From TPA_inf: Saccharomyces (taxonomy: Eukaryota): 64,000 nucleotides of DNA. The position numbers and the translations under genes were made by a program. Below the pieces are notes generated by a model, which saw only the letters and a list, made by a program, of their open reading frames with translations, had not been told where the DNA came from and made no database searches. Positions 1 to 15,400 of the stretch are shown here, piece by piece (position 1 is the stretch's first letter; each line of letters opens with the position of its first letter). The DNA lies in the NCBI GenBank assembly GCA_000146045.2, contig BK006934.2, forward strand, positions 256,001-320,000. The letters run 5' to 3'.

Positions 1-359
1 TATCATCCTCATGCCCTAAGAAATATTCAATATAACCCCCTAACAATATCATAATATCCCGTAGTGATCATAGAAACGCTATATGATGGTGCATAATTAA
101 GATAAAGGTCATTCAGGCATGAAATAATGAACTTTAGTGAACGACTTAGTCATACAGAGTCTATTTTAGCTTAACCATTCGGTTTTATTTTACAGTCTAG
201 ACTCAAACGAGTGAAAAATTGCGATATCTGCGATGACCGAGTCCTGAACAATAAAAATTGACCAGCAGGGAAAGAAAAGGAAAAGATCTCAACTCTGGCG
301 GTTGCCTCCAGGACCTGCACTAGAAAGGACTATTGAGTGTAGACTAAGTGGTGGACGGG

Positions 360-2018
360 ATGGAGGCACTTATCGTATTTATAGTGCTTTCCGTATCCGG
401 AGCATTTGCTTACAAATGCTCCTATGAAAGGCTCTGGTTTAAAGTAGGGTCTTTGTTTGACATTATATCAACTTCCTCGAAGAAAAATGTCATTCCGTTG
501 GCAAGCAAAATGGAAGTTGGCTCGAATGAGGATGTGTCTAGTATGGGTAATTTCATAAATAAATTCTACACAGAGTATTCTTTACCCTCACATAAGGTAC
601 TGCAATCACTGCGAGTCCTTTTTTCATTAGCAATGATGACGTATACAGTAACCATAGAGATTATTCTATGGCAGATTAAGGTTGCTGGAATGGACAAGGA
701 AGTTACTTTCATAACGACTTGGGTGTGGCCTCTGACTGCAATCATGCTATCCTTCATACTAATTTTATTTCAGCCCTTTTTCATTATAATATCGTTACTG
801 AATAAATTCTACAATGACAAGTTCGATATCGATAGGTTGATAATAGTGACATGCATAATCTTGTCCACACTTATTGCGCTGTTAAGTTACATAAATATTG
901 GACCGTTCCAGTACACAAAAAATATTCTAACTAGATTGTCCATCGGAGGCGTCACAGTCATGGCTTCCCTATCTGGGTTAGCCACTGTTTCTAGTTTATA
1001 CTACAACTTTTTAGTCATCTGGCACAAGTTTCGTAATACACCAATGTCAGACCCCAGTTTTAGAAACATCAACAACAGCAACAATAACAGTAAATCTCTC
1101 TTATGGACAACAGACGCCTATATAGAGGAAAAAATCCAAGATTATGAACACAACATTGAACAAAATGTACAAATATTAAGAAGTTTAGAAGAAGAGGTCG
1201 GAGAAAACTCAACTTTTAAAGCAGAGTTGATGGAAAAAATCGCCTGGTATCAACTGGAGCTTGGGAAATTGGAAGCATTATTACAACAGTCCCCTCAGGT
1301 ACGCACTTTTAAGAAAGCTTTTGAAGTCGGGTTTATCATATACTGTCTTCATAAACTAATAATAACTTTCCTGAAAAGAATCCCCTATATCATATACCAC
1401 TCGCTCAAATATCCAGATGACTACGATTATGAAAATTTTAGTGAAAATGCAGCATCCGATCCTTTAGCCATTACGATAGCAAATATTTTGGATTTTTCGT
1501 TTTTCAGGTTCAATTACCAGCACGATCTCGATTCGTTAACAAAACAGATATCGTTATTTTTGTCAATTTCTCTCTTTCTTTGCTGTCTTTCTGCTGTCAA
1601 TACCACCATCTCCTACGTTGTGACCCTTTTGCCCATAAAGTTCCAGATTCTTGCACTTTTCGCCATGCAGAATGATGACACTGCTAATGTACTTCCAGAG
1701 TACACCAATAACTCTTCCTATAAGGGAAAAAAGAGAAACTATTCTCAGGAACAAAAAGGAATATCTTTGATAAAAAATCTGGTGGTGTCAGAGTTGACTG
1801 GCGTCTACGTTTTGGCTACAACGCTAATGGTTAGGTCCCATCTCCCTTTTGAAGTATCACAAAGATTAAAGGAGCTATTGGGTGGAAAGTTTACCGTCCC
1901 AAACATTGTCATAGATTCTTGGTTTGATGAAGTCTACGCTTTTGCATGTGTGTTTACCTTTATTTGCATAAGAATTGCAGAACGAAAGCTTTCCACCAAA
2001 AAAGTCAGTGTTGAATAA
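360..2018 (+). CDS. YHR078W-type multi-pass membrane protein, 552 aa from the first ATG. Probably the yeast GPR89/GTG-like family member, reported as osmotically regulated; function unknown.
   Basis: The track ORF 348..2018 starts at GTG. The first in-frame ATG is at 360 and gives 552 aa, the length I recall for YHR078W. Many hydrophobic segments, consistent with a polytopic membrane protein. Sits immediately upstream of IRE1, as in chrVIII. Confidence 0.8.
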   Translation: MEALIVFIVLSVSGAFAYKCSYERLWFKVGSLFDIISTSSKKNVIPLASKMEVGSNEDVSSMGNFINKFYTEYSLPSHKVLQSLRVLFSLAMMTYTVTIEIILWQIKVAGMDKEVTFITTWVWPLTAIMLSFILILFQPFFIIISLLNKFYNDKFDIDRLIIVTCIILSTLIALLSYINIGPFQYTKNILTRLSIGGVTVMASLSGLATVSSLYYNFLVIWHKFRNTPMSDPSFRNINNSNNNSKSLLWTTDAYIEEKIQDYEHNIEQNVQILRSLEEEVGENSTFKAELMEKIAWYQLELGKLEALLQQSPQVRTFKKAFEVGFIIYCLHKLIITFLKRIPYIIYHSLKYPDDYDYENFSENAASDPLAITIANILDFSFFRFNYQHDLDSLTKQISLFLSISLFLCCLSAVNTTISYVVTLLPIKFQILALFAMQNDDTANVLPEYTNNSSYKGKKRNYSQEQKGISLIKNLVVSELTGVYVLATTLMVRSHLPFEVSQRLKELLGGKFTVPNIVIDSWFDEVYAFACVFTFICIRIAERKLSTKKVSVE

Positions 2019-2243
2019 CTGGAGTAGTATGTCGATGTTCGATGTTTATGAGATATGTATTTATAAAATTAAATGTCTGTCGGGTAGTTTATGTAGGGAT
2101 GAGAAAAGTAGTATAGGTTCATGAAGAAGTACAACTTTTTTTCATTTATGCAAGGGCGTAAAAATTATGGATGGTTACTACTAATGATCAAAGTAACATT
2201 AATGCAATAATCAACCAAGAAGAAGCAGAGGGGCATGAACATG

Positions 2244-5200
2244 TTATGAATACAAAAATTCACGTAAAATTTGATCGTCACTTAAATTTTCCTTGACAAT
2301 CATATAAACACCTATTAATAGGTTTGGAAAACGCTTGGTGAAGTAATCGTAAAATCCATCGGGTACCGGCCCCATTAGTTCTGCTATATCTTCAGGTAAA
2401 TCCATAAAATGATGATATTTATTCCTAAGTGCTCTTAATAGATCCATTAACTTTGATGAATGGTATTTTCTGTACCTTTCAAGGTTGTCCATGAATGTTT
2501 TATCAAACTTGACAGTCCAATCTCCACTGGGTATTACAAAGTCAGAACCGGCGTCAAATTTCATTAACAGGGCACTTGGAGGGTCTCTGTTTTCAATTTC
2601 AAGCCTATCACTAACTTTTAAAAGGAACTCCAATTTTTTCGACTTTGGCCAAAACAACGGATGCCTTAGAACTTTCATAGCAGTAGGTCTTTTTAACGGA
2701 TCGTGATCAATCATTTGGGAGATCAGATCTGTAGCTTCTGCAATTAAGGATCTATCATGTAGACATTTCATTTCATCAAGACTGAATATTCCTCTTATGA
2801 TATTGCTTTCACGTGAATATTTATCTCCAAATGGATGCTTCCCTTTGGATAGGATATAATAGAATACACATCCCATAGAAAAAATATCAATAGATCTTGT
2901 TAGCCTCCTCTTGGTGAACGGATCATAAAAAGAATCAGATGAAACTACTGTATGCCTACTAGAAGAGTGTTCCGTTTCGACTTGGCACTGCAAATTGTTT
3001 GATTCTTCAAGCAGCTCTGGGGCCCTCCAACCACTTGTGCCAGAAGGGTTATTCAAATTTGTTCTAAATGAAGACTGACCAGAGTCTAGTTTTTTGCAAA
3101 GACCAAAGTCTGATATCAAAATTCGAAGATTTTCTGCTCCTGTTTGCTGATCGGCAGTAAACCTACTCGAAGTAGAAACGAGAATATTTTGAGGCTTTAA
3201 ATCTCGATGGATAATCTTTAAAGAATGTAAATGTGCTACCCCGGACGCTATTTGTCTCAATAACGAAATTGGATTATACTCTTTCTGTAATTTCAGGTTT
3301 TCATCTGATACATTCTTAGACTCCACCAAATCTTGAAGGTTCAAATTGCAGAGCTCTAAAGCAATATACAAAAATCTGTCTGTTGTTTCTGAACAGTAGT
3401 ATCGTATGACGTTAGGGTGATCATCGCTTTCAGTCAAAAGTTTTATTTCCATTAAAGCTATGTCACAAAAATCAATTAACATTCTCTTTACCGCAACAGG
3501 TCTTCCTTGAAAACTTCCCTGAAAAACTACTGTTCCTGATGAACCGTAACCTAAAATTTTTTCGGATACTACCAAATTTTTTAAAGATTGCTCAAAGTTT
3601 GGTATATTTGCAATGCGTGATTTTCGGCCCTTTTTGCCTCCTCTCGAACCTCTTTTCCTCTTCTTCTTTTCTGTGGTTAAATCTAGTGATTTTTCATCAT
3701 CTTCATCAGCATCATCGTTATCTTTTTCAGATTTTAGACTTCCATCGTTCACAGCACCTTCAAAAACAACTTGCTTCCCTGATTTCATATCGAATGGCTT
3801 GGTTACATTTTCCGATGAAGAGGGACAATTTAGCGATTTCGACTCAACTATGGGGATTTCCTTTTCAGGCATAAATCCAATTTTGGATAATAATACATAT
3901 AGTGGCGGCAAAATTTTGAATCTTTGTAGTATTGCACAAAAAATGAGAAATAACAACAGAAATACTCCAGTCTCTATAATTCGATATACTAGACTTCCAA
4001 ACTTCAGTAGCAAAGAATTTTGGTTCTTTTCATCTAATTCTCTCGATATTTGCTCGTGTATCTTTTTTCTATATGCCTCAAGGTCTTCTGGTGACATGTA
4101 TTCCTTTAGTGAATTCATCTCGTTATTCTGATGTAAATCGGTTGTATCAACGGACGAATCAATCATCAGAGGTGGATATTTGTGCGTAGTGTCCAAACTA
4201 TTCGTTTTTTCATAGTTTTCATAAAGGTGATCATATTCATTATTATATATCTGATGAACACCCATGATTGCGTTCTTGAATAAAGTCTCATCTTCAAAAA
4301 TTGAAGACACCCTCCAACGGTCACTGGAAGCGTATCTTGATATGGGAGCTGATTCGACTAAAGATGGAAAATTCTGACTAGATAATGCAAACCAGGAGAG
4401 GTTCGAAGTCTGATCCAAGTAAACTTTGTTACTCGATATACTTTCATGATCACCAGGATTAAAGGGATGCGGTACCAGTATATTTTCATTGGTGCGGAGA
4501 TCATTAAACACATCGAAAAGCCCAACAATAATTCCGGGGAATGTCGGAGAAACCCATCTAGCAATTCTAAAATCTAAATCGCTTGCTAGCAATGATTTAT
4601 CACGGAAAGGCGCTATGCACATGCCGTCCTTTGAAAATGTATTCTGAAGCGCTAGGGGAACATCTAAAACATTTTGCTGCCATGTAGAGTAAGTGACATT
4701 GTAGCTTGCTCCATCATAAGAGTGAATTCCCAGCTCAAAAATAGTTTTGCCTATTACAATCATATTTTCACATTCCTGAAGTTTTATCTTCTCCTCAGGT
4801 GAGCAATCCACACTCTGGCTCCCGAAATACCCGTTTTTTGAACCAGGTCCGAACGCTGATATAATTTCACCATTCAACATGTTTATAGTATACATTATAG
4901 TTCTCATCGATCCAGTGTAGACCTTTTCATCTTCAACAATTTTTCCAGAGTCATTAACCACAATATTTGTTTTCAAGTGCAGCGGGGAAGTTGATACAAG
5001 TTGTCGTATGGATAAAGGCAGTTTTTGTAACCCTTGATGGGCGTTAAAGTAGTAAATGTTCCCATCACCGAAAGGTTCTATAATCAACGTTTCATATGTT
5101 TCTAACCTCGAAGGTTCTTGTATTTCTATCAGAGGTTGAAAATTTTCTGGTTCGATTGACCATATGATATGACCATTTCTTCTATCTACAGCATGAAGTC

Positions 5201-5591
5201 CACCCTCAACGTCGGCTGCGATTAGTATATCTGATAAACTCAGTTCGTTCAAGGAACGATTCTCCAAATAGGGTACACTTATAGAATTGGCAGCCCTACG
5301 TCCTTTTTTGTTAGCACGTCGATTATCAGCAGTATTCAATAAGTTAGGAGTTGGATATGAGCTGAGTTTCATATTTGGTAAACCTTCAGTGGTTCTTGGA
5401 GCAGGAATGGGCGAGTTTATATTTTTATCCACACCATAGTTGAAATTGAGCTTTTTAGTGGAGGCAACTTCATCTTCCACTATCTGCCGCCTTGAGGTGC
5501 GAGACGACAATGGGATTGAGCATGAAATGATGGATGAAAACACACAAACGAGCAGTGTCAATACTAACATGTTTCTTCGAAGTAGACGCAT
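2244..5591 (-). CDS. IRE1: Ser/Thr protein kinase and endoribonuclease IRE1, the unfolded-protein-response sensor (1115 aa)
   Basis: 1115-aa ORF with an N-terminal signal peptide and lumenal domain, a TM segment, a kinase domain (GSSGTVV, VAVKR, HRDLKPQNIL, DFG) and a C-terminal KEN/RNase domain. Start ATG confirmed at 5591. Confidence 0.96.
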   Translation of the reverse strand: MRLLRRNMLVLTLLVCVFSSIISCSIPLSSRTSRRQIVEDEVASTKKLNFNYGVDKNINSPIPAPRTTEGLPNMKLSSYPTPNLLNTADNRRANKKGRRAANSISVPYLENRSLNELSLSDILIAADVEGGLHAVDRRNGHIIWSIEPENFQPLIEIQEPSRLETYETLIIEPFGDGNIYYFNAHQGLQKLPLSIRQLVSTSPLHLKTNIVVNDSGKIVEDEKVYTGSMRTIMYTINMLNGEIISAFGPGSKNGYFGSQSVDCSPEEKIKLQECENMIVIGKTIFELGIHSYDGASYNVTYSTWQQNVLDVPLALQNTFSKDGMCIAPFRDKSLLASDLDFRIARWVSPTFPGIIVGLFDVFNDLRTNENILVPHPFNPGDHESISSNKVYLDQTSNLSWFALSSQNFPSLVESAPISRYASSDRWRVSSIFEDETLFKNAIMGVHQIYNNEYDHLYENYEKTNSLDTTHKYPPLMIDSSVDTTDLHQNNEMNSLKEYMSPEDLEAYRKKIHEQISRELDEKNQNSLLLKFGSLVYRIIETGVFLLLFLIFCAILQRFKILPPLYVLLSKIGFMPEKEIPIVESKSLNCPSSSENVTKPFDMKSGKQVVFEGAVNDGSLKSEKDNDDADEDDEKSLDLTTEKKKRKRGSRGGKKGRKSRIANIPNFEQSLKNLVVSEKILGYGSSGTVVFQGSFQGRPVAVKRMLIDFCDIALMEIKLLTESDDHPNVIRYYCSETTDRFLYIALELCNLNLQDLVESKNVSDENLKLQKEYNPISLLRQIASGVAHLHSLKIIHRDLKPQNILVSTSSRFTADQQTGAENLRILISDFGLCKKLDSGQSSFRTNLNNPSGTSGWRAPELLEESNNLQCQVETEHSSSRHTVVSSDSFYDPFTKRRLTRSIDIFSMGCVFYYILSKGKHPFGDKYSRESNIIRGIFSLDEMKCLHDRSLIAEATDLISQMIDHDPLKRPTAMKVLRHPLFWPKSKKLEFLLKVSDRLEIENRDPPSALLMKFDAGSDFVIPSGDWTVKFDKTFMDNLERYRKYHSSKLMDLLRALRNKYHHFMDLPEDIAELMGPVPDGFYDYFTKRFPNLLIGVYMIVKENLSDDQILREFLYS

Positions 5592-6191
5592 TTTTCAAAG
5601 TGCTAAAATATTAATTCCTCAGATATGCTGTTTTTTTAATGTGTATGAAGGGTGATATGGAGAAAAGTGATAATGGACGTGGGGAAGAGGAAAACGATGC
5701 TTTGTGAATGAGAAAAAAAAGTTACTTAGCAGATTACCGATTATTAACAGTGCCAGTTATAGTGTAGATTTAATTGTGTAAAATTAATATTGTTATAGAC
5801 TTTTCACTGTTAGTTTATGTGAAGTTGGCTCATTGATCTCCTATGATATGTTTTTCGTTTATTTCTTGTTACTATGTGATTAATCTCTTTTTTTAAATTT
5901 TATTGTTGGAATAGTCGAAGGTATTGCCCGAAGAGGCTTACGCTCCGTCTTGATTTTCGGCAATAAAATAGCGAAAACCTATTATATAACAGAGGGTAAT
6001 AAAACCTCAAAACTACAACTATCAATATATTTCACACTACGCAGCTTAATTAGTAACTGTATAATAGCATTTAAGTTCATTACTTCTTTGTAATTTTATC
6101 TTTTTTTTTTTTTATATAGTTTTCAGCGCGCAGCAGAGTTTCATTGGAACGCTTCGCACGTTGGAAGAATAGAACTGTCCCTAAAAGCCCA

Positions 6192-6553
6192 TTAGTCCTT
6201 CATTGAATAACCGATCTCTTCAAAAACATCCTTAATTTTGCATTGCTTTTCATCAGCAATTATTTGGGCCAACCTTAAACCGGCATCTCTCAATTCGTTG
6301 TACTCCTTTAACTCTTTAATGTACGTCGAGGAAATTTTTTTTGGTGTCTCATCACTTTGACAAGTTCTGTTAATAACAGAAACTAAATATTTTTTGTTTG
6401 TTATACCGATTTTTGCCGACTGGAAAAAATAGCTACATACTTTTTCTTTTCTTTAGACAATTGCTCAAACATCTTTATCAGGTTGCCATTCATACTTTCG
6501 TATTCCTGTATCTGTTTTTGCTTTTTATTTAACTGTGTTTCCAAATAGTTCAT
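6192..6553 (-). CDS. SAE3: SAE3, the Swi5-like meiotic Dmc1 cofactor. Spliced: join(6441..6553, 6192..6354), 91 aa.
   Basis: Minus-strand ATG at 6553 and a GTATGT donor at 6440. AG acceptor at 6356-6355, so exon 2 starts at 6354. TAA stop at 6194-6192. Exon 1 is 113 nt and exon 2 is 163 nt (91 codons plus stop). The C-terminus KEYNELRDAGLRLAQIIADEKQCKIKDVFEEIGYSMKD resembles the Swi5 family. The branch point (TATTAAC-like) is non-consensus, and the first AG sits too close to it to be used. Not in the ORF track because each exon is under 60 aa. Confidence 0.75.
6355..6440 (-). other. SAE3: SAE3 intron (86 nt)
   Basis: GTATGT donor at 6440-6435. The second AG (6356-6355) is used as acceptor; an in-frame alternative AG lies 12 nt upstream. 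A non-canonical TATTAAC-like branch lies just before the first AG. Confidence 0.65.
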
Positions 6554-6800
6554 ACTTGCAAGTTGTCTTCTGTTTATGGCAAGGATAAGACCATTGCTTT
6601 TAATTTAAAATTATTCTTATACTCTGTCTTTGCATTTATGAAGCAGAAATAGAATAGCCGCCATTAGGCAGAACAATTCCGTCTGATGTGATAATGCAAA
6701 GTGTGCCTGTCATCTAACTTAAAAGGAATCAGGCCAACCGCTACAGGATATGTACTAGATACAATTACTAAATAATACAAACAGAATATATAAAATGCTA

Positions 6801-10850
<4,050 letters not shown>

Positions 10851-11403
10851 TCAACACTATCCATGGAGAGTAAGAACCACACACAGTAGCAATAATTTAA
10901 TATCAATGGCAATAGCAACGAAATTACAGTAGATACCGTGAGCCAGCAGAAACAGATTGATATTTCGTATTTCAAGAAGGCAGAATCATTCAACCACCTA
11001 CCGTCCCCCAGGAGGACAGATCCCAACGAGGGACCTTTGCGCCCAATTCTACTCCTGCAAGGGTTTCACTTAGAAATGCTTTTGCCAAGGTAAAGGACCC
11101 CTAAGACTAGAATGAACTACGCCGGTCCGTCCGGCCGTCATACTCCGTGGAAATTTACTTCTAAAAGGAGAAACAGCGATCTTTGCCGCATAAAGCCAGC
11201 CACTACTGGCGTGGAAAGATTTTTAGATTAGAAGACAATACAAAGCGGCAACGTCATAACCTTGGTATTTATTGGGCAAGCATTTTCATATCAGCGTACA
11301 TACACCAGCAATGGGAATGTAAAGAAGAGTCGTTACTAGCATATTTTCTATTCATGCGGGTACCCAACATGTCACGTTTCACGAATTCTCGTGCAGTTTT
11401 TCA

Positions 11404-11411
11404 GCGATGAG
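11404..11411 (+). promoter_or_regulatory. PAC motif (GCGATGAG) in the LRP1 promoter
   Basis: Exact octamer about 130 bp upstream of the LRP1 ATG (11538). Confidence 0.5.
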
Positions 11412-11537
11412 CTAAGGCAGATGGTTATGGACTGTGCCTTCTGTAGTCTGTGGAAGAAAAAACTGGTTAACAGCCTACAGTAGAAATCGATTAATATAAA
11501 CATATATCTAGCAACGTAACGGAGTATTAGATCAGTA

Positions 11538-12092
11538 ATGGAAGATATCGAAAAGATAAAACCATACGTTAGGAGTTTTTCAAAGGCGTTAGACGAGCTG
11601 AAACCAGAAATAGAGAAACTAACGTCGAAGTCACTGGATGAACAGCTGTTGCTATTATCTGATGAGAGGGCTAAATTAGAACTAATTAATCGTTACGCGT
11701 ATGTATTGAGTTCTCTGATGTTTGCTAATATGAAAGTCCTAGGCGTCAAAGATATGTCTCCTATACTCGGCGAACTGAAAAGAGTAAAATCATACATGGA
11801 TAAGGCTAAACAATACGATAATAGGATAACCAAATCCAACGAAAAATCGCAGGCAGAGCAAGAAAAAGCTAAGAATATCATTTCCAATGTTTTGGACGGT
11901 AATAAAAACCAATTCGAGCCCTCTATAAGCAGGAGCAACTTTCAAGGGAAGCATACGAAATTTGAAAACGATGAACTGGCAGAGAGTACAACGACTAAGA
12001 TTATTGACAGTACCGATCATATAAGGAAAGCAAGTAGTAAGAAAAGTAAAAGATTGGATAAAGTTGGAAAAAAGAAAGGAGGGAAGAAGTAG
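11538..12092 (+). CDS. LRP1: LRP1/Rrp47, nuclear exosome (Rrp6) cofactor (184 aa)
   Basis: 184-aa ORF with a Sas10/C1D-family N-terminus and a Lys-rich C-terminus. A PAC motif lies upstream. Confidence 0.9.
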   Translation: MEDIEKIKPYVRSFSKALDELKPEIEKLTSKSLDEQLLLLSDERAKLELINRYAYVLSSLMFANMKVLGVKDMSPILGELKRVKSYMDKAKQYDNRITKSNEKSQAEQEKAKNIISNVLDGNKNQFEPSISRSNFQGKHTKFENDELAESTTTKIIDSTDHIRKASSKKSKRLDKVGKKKGGKK

Positions 12093-12458
12093 AGGTCGAC
12101 GTATACTGGTACATGAGTGAAAAAATGATTAAAGGTGATGTGAGAGCACAAATGCAAAAATGCTTATAGGGTTTATATACTTTTATAATAACAATAAGAA
12201 CTCGTTGAAGTAACTAATATGTGTATATGCTATTCTTGTAGTTGGCAGTGAACACTTTTGTGTGAATTGACGTTATATAAGACTGTAGAAATATCTAAGA
12301 AAAGAGAGTTTTCATAAAACCCTTCAAGCTTAACTACCAAAAAGCATTCATACTTAGAAGTTGAAATGCACGATGATGCCAAATTGATGAAAAAAGCTAA
12401 AAATGCATTTCAGAAGGGAAGAAAATAATAAGCAACATAACAGAGGGAATAGGTGCGC

Positions 12459-15400
12459 TTAGTCTTGTTGCTGTAAAATTAACCAATTATTCTTGTATTG
12501 TTCTAACGATCCGACCATTTCATCCTGAATACTTGTCTTCCTGCCAGCTCCTAATTTTTTATCGTGAGTGGAGCCAGCGAAAGTTTGAGCATAAATTTCA
12601 TAAGGACCGAAAATTTGCCTTTCATCCGGGGAGGTTGACGAGGATTCGTTGTCACCACCTTCCATTTTGCCATGTGCCATCTTGTCACTTTCTCCTTCGT
12701 ATTCTTCGTCTTCGAAAATTATGGCGTCATTGTTAGAGTCTGCGAATACGTCTTCATTTTGCAACGCAATCGTAGTGCTTGAATGATTACGAGGTAATAA
12801 AGGTTTAGGGAAGCCAACGAAGGAGCTTTTAGCTCCTGGTGAAGAGGACAACTTCTCGAGTGCTTTATTCATATGCAGTGGGTTAGATTCATTAGCACTG
12901 GAACGCCTGGAATTGTAAGATCCACCAAAATTAACAGAATTATGCGAAACTGACAACGTGGCCTCGTTACTTGTCTTCATATTCATAGGAGGTACCTGTG
13001 TTCCCAAGTTGAAACTCTTCCTATGATGAGGTGGAACATAAACCCCATTTTTAAATTTTTGTTCCATACTGAGTCTACGCTCCTGCTCTAGCTCCTTAGA
13101 GTCAGATGAGTGTGAATATCGATTGCCAATATTACCTGTTAAAATTGGATCAATTGGTCCAGAAGATAAATTTAAATGTGCTTCAGATGATGCTGGTGAT
13201 TTTAGTAAATCTGGTAGTTCATTAGATTCATTATTGTTATTGTTGATATGCAATGATGTTGTCAAAGGAGGTGGAATATATTGTCTATGATATTGATTAG
13301 TGGTACTATTGGTGTCGATATGGTTGTTGTTGCCATTGTTATTGTGATTAGTGCTTGCGTGAACAAATACTTCATTATGGCTACCTACCGTTGTATGCGG
13401 TAAGTGATCATTTATAGATAAGTTGTCCATACCATTGACGAAATCATGATCACCTTCTTCAAGAGTGAATAAAACGTCGTCTGAATCGTGATCGCCCTCA
13501 GAATCCATACTATCCTGAGTGTAGTGTTCCTGGTATGAAGGCTTCCCACCTAAAACGGTAGAGATATCAGGAGCAGTTGATTGCGGAACTCTTAAAAACT
13601 GATTCGTTGGGCTTACGTGATGGTTCCTGGCATTTGGTGGAATATAAGCGCCTGGTGAATGTTGAACTGTAGTCGTAGAACCACGCCTTGCATAACCATT
13701 TATAGAACTATTGTTGTTATGATTATAGCTCATGTTGTACCTTGAAAGTGGTGACTTACCGGTATAACTGGAGGAACTTGGTCTTCTGTATTTGTTAAAG
13801 TTTTTGTTCCAACCCTTTATATAGCTATTACCATTGTTAAAATTATTATAATTACTTCCATGATTGTTATTGCTGTTGTTGTTATTATTGTTGTAATTAC
13901 GATTCTGTCTGTACTGTTTATTGTTGTTGTTGGAAAACCCCTCCATATACCTGTGCTGGACACTTGGAGGAGTGAAAAAATCTCTGGTGTTGAATTCATC
14001 CCTTGCTTTGTAATCGTGGAAAAAATTATTCATGTGTGTATTAGGCGTTGGTATGCCAAGAGGCTTCCTTGATTTTTTCAAAATTTTACTTTTCTTTCTA
14101 TCTTCGATATTGACTGGTTTGGAAAATTGATTATCAGTTCTTCCGTACTTATTGCGCTTCTTAAATTTGAACTTAGGAGCAGATTTAGCCCTTTCATGAG
14201 TAGATAGTGTTGTATTATAACCCTGGTTGAAAAATTTCTGTTGTTGTGTAGACGGTTTTTTAAAGAAGCCGCTTGCAACATTTTGATTTTGAGAGACATC
14301 TGACCGTTTCCTTTCATTCACATTATTGAAATTGAAATCCTTTTTAAATTCAGGCATATGTTGTTTGTTACTAGATGAAATAGGAGTAGGTAATGATACC
14401 GGTGCTGAAGATGGAGGAACAGGCTGAGGTGGCAAACCGTCAATCATAGTTTCTTCATATCCTTCATCCAAGTTATTATAGTATTCATCGTCTAATGTAT
14501 ACTCAGATAAGTTCTGTAGTTCAGTTCTCATCATTTTCAAGTCTCTATTAGCCGGATCGATGGTTAAACTATACCTTAATACTTGAAAGAAATCATAAGC
14601 CATTGTCGAAAATACATCAAACAACGCTTCTCTATTAGCAGCAAAATAACAGAATGACTTGTCGGATTGATTGGCAATACTAAAAGGATTCTTATGGAAA
14701 ACAATATTAAGAAACACAATTCCCATAGCCCATAAATCCACTTTGGCACAGTCATAAGGTTCCTTTCTTTCCTTGATATCCAAATTACTATCAAAAAGTT
14801 CAGGGGACATATATCTTTCACTACCGACATTTCTATCCATAGACGTCTTATCTGTAGTAGCCAATCCCCAATCTGTAAGCTTAATTGTCCAATCAATTCC
14901 AGAAATTAAAATGTTCTCAGGTTTTATATCACGATGATAAATGCCCTTGTTATGAACATATTCAATTGCATCCATGATTTGTGTGATAATATGAGTGATC
15001 GATTTGGTTTTCTTAGGCACAGCATCGGCTTTGATCGCCTCATATAGGTCACCGCCAGAGCAATATTCCATGATGATGTAAGAGTCGAAGAAATCTAATA
15101 GAGCAGCAATATTTTGGTGTCTACCAATTTTTGTTTGAATATCAACTTCATACATGGCTTCGAGACAAATGTTATTAGATAGTCTTGATTTAACTTTCGA
15201 AGAAATTAGGGACTTTTTGTGTTTGTAGAGATTGTGTTTCTTCTCTCTACTTGACCCGTTATTACTGGAGGCATTACCATTTTCATTTTCATGGCGATCC
15301 GTATCAACTTTCGTGTCTTCATCATCATCACAATCGCTACTATCACAATCATTTTCGTCGTCCTGAGGCCCATCGTACTGGCCGTCATCTTCTAATTTGA

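Noticed and set aside
348-359. N-terminal extensions in the ORF track produced by TTG/GTG starts (YHR078W, SAM35 at 16582, STE12 at 18156, NAM8 at 22141, RTC3 at 24766, TRA1 at 46755, BIG1 exon 2 at 59779, YHR095W at 36919)
   Set aside because: Yeast nuclear genes initiate at ATG. In each case the first in-frame ATG gives exactly the length I recall for that protein, so the extensions are ORF-caller artefacts.
3613-4131. 172-aa + strand ORF (and a 111-aa ORF at 3539-3874) antisense within IRE1
   Set aside because: It is embedded entirely in the opposite strand of a long, well-supported gene. The composition is low-complexity (runs of S, F and L). This is expected by chance in a 3.3-kb ORF.
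6192-6553. Apparent +1 frameshift in SAE3 exon 2
   Set aside because: This was my own transcription error: I duplicated a g at the 6300/6301 line break. Re-reading the printed sequence gives GAGTACAACGAATTG and a clean 91-aa two-exon ORF. SAE3 is intact.
11183-11410. 75-aa + strand ORF in the LAM4-LRP1 divergent promoter
   Set aside because: It lies in a promoter region, overlaps the PAC motif and has no homology signal. Likely non-coding, though the region is GC-rich and could be transcribed.
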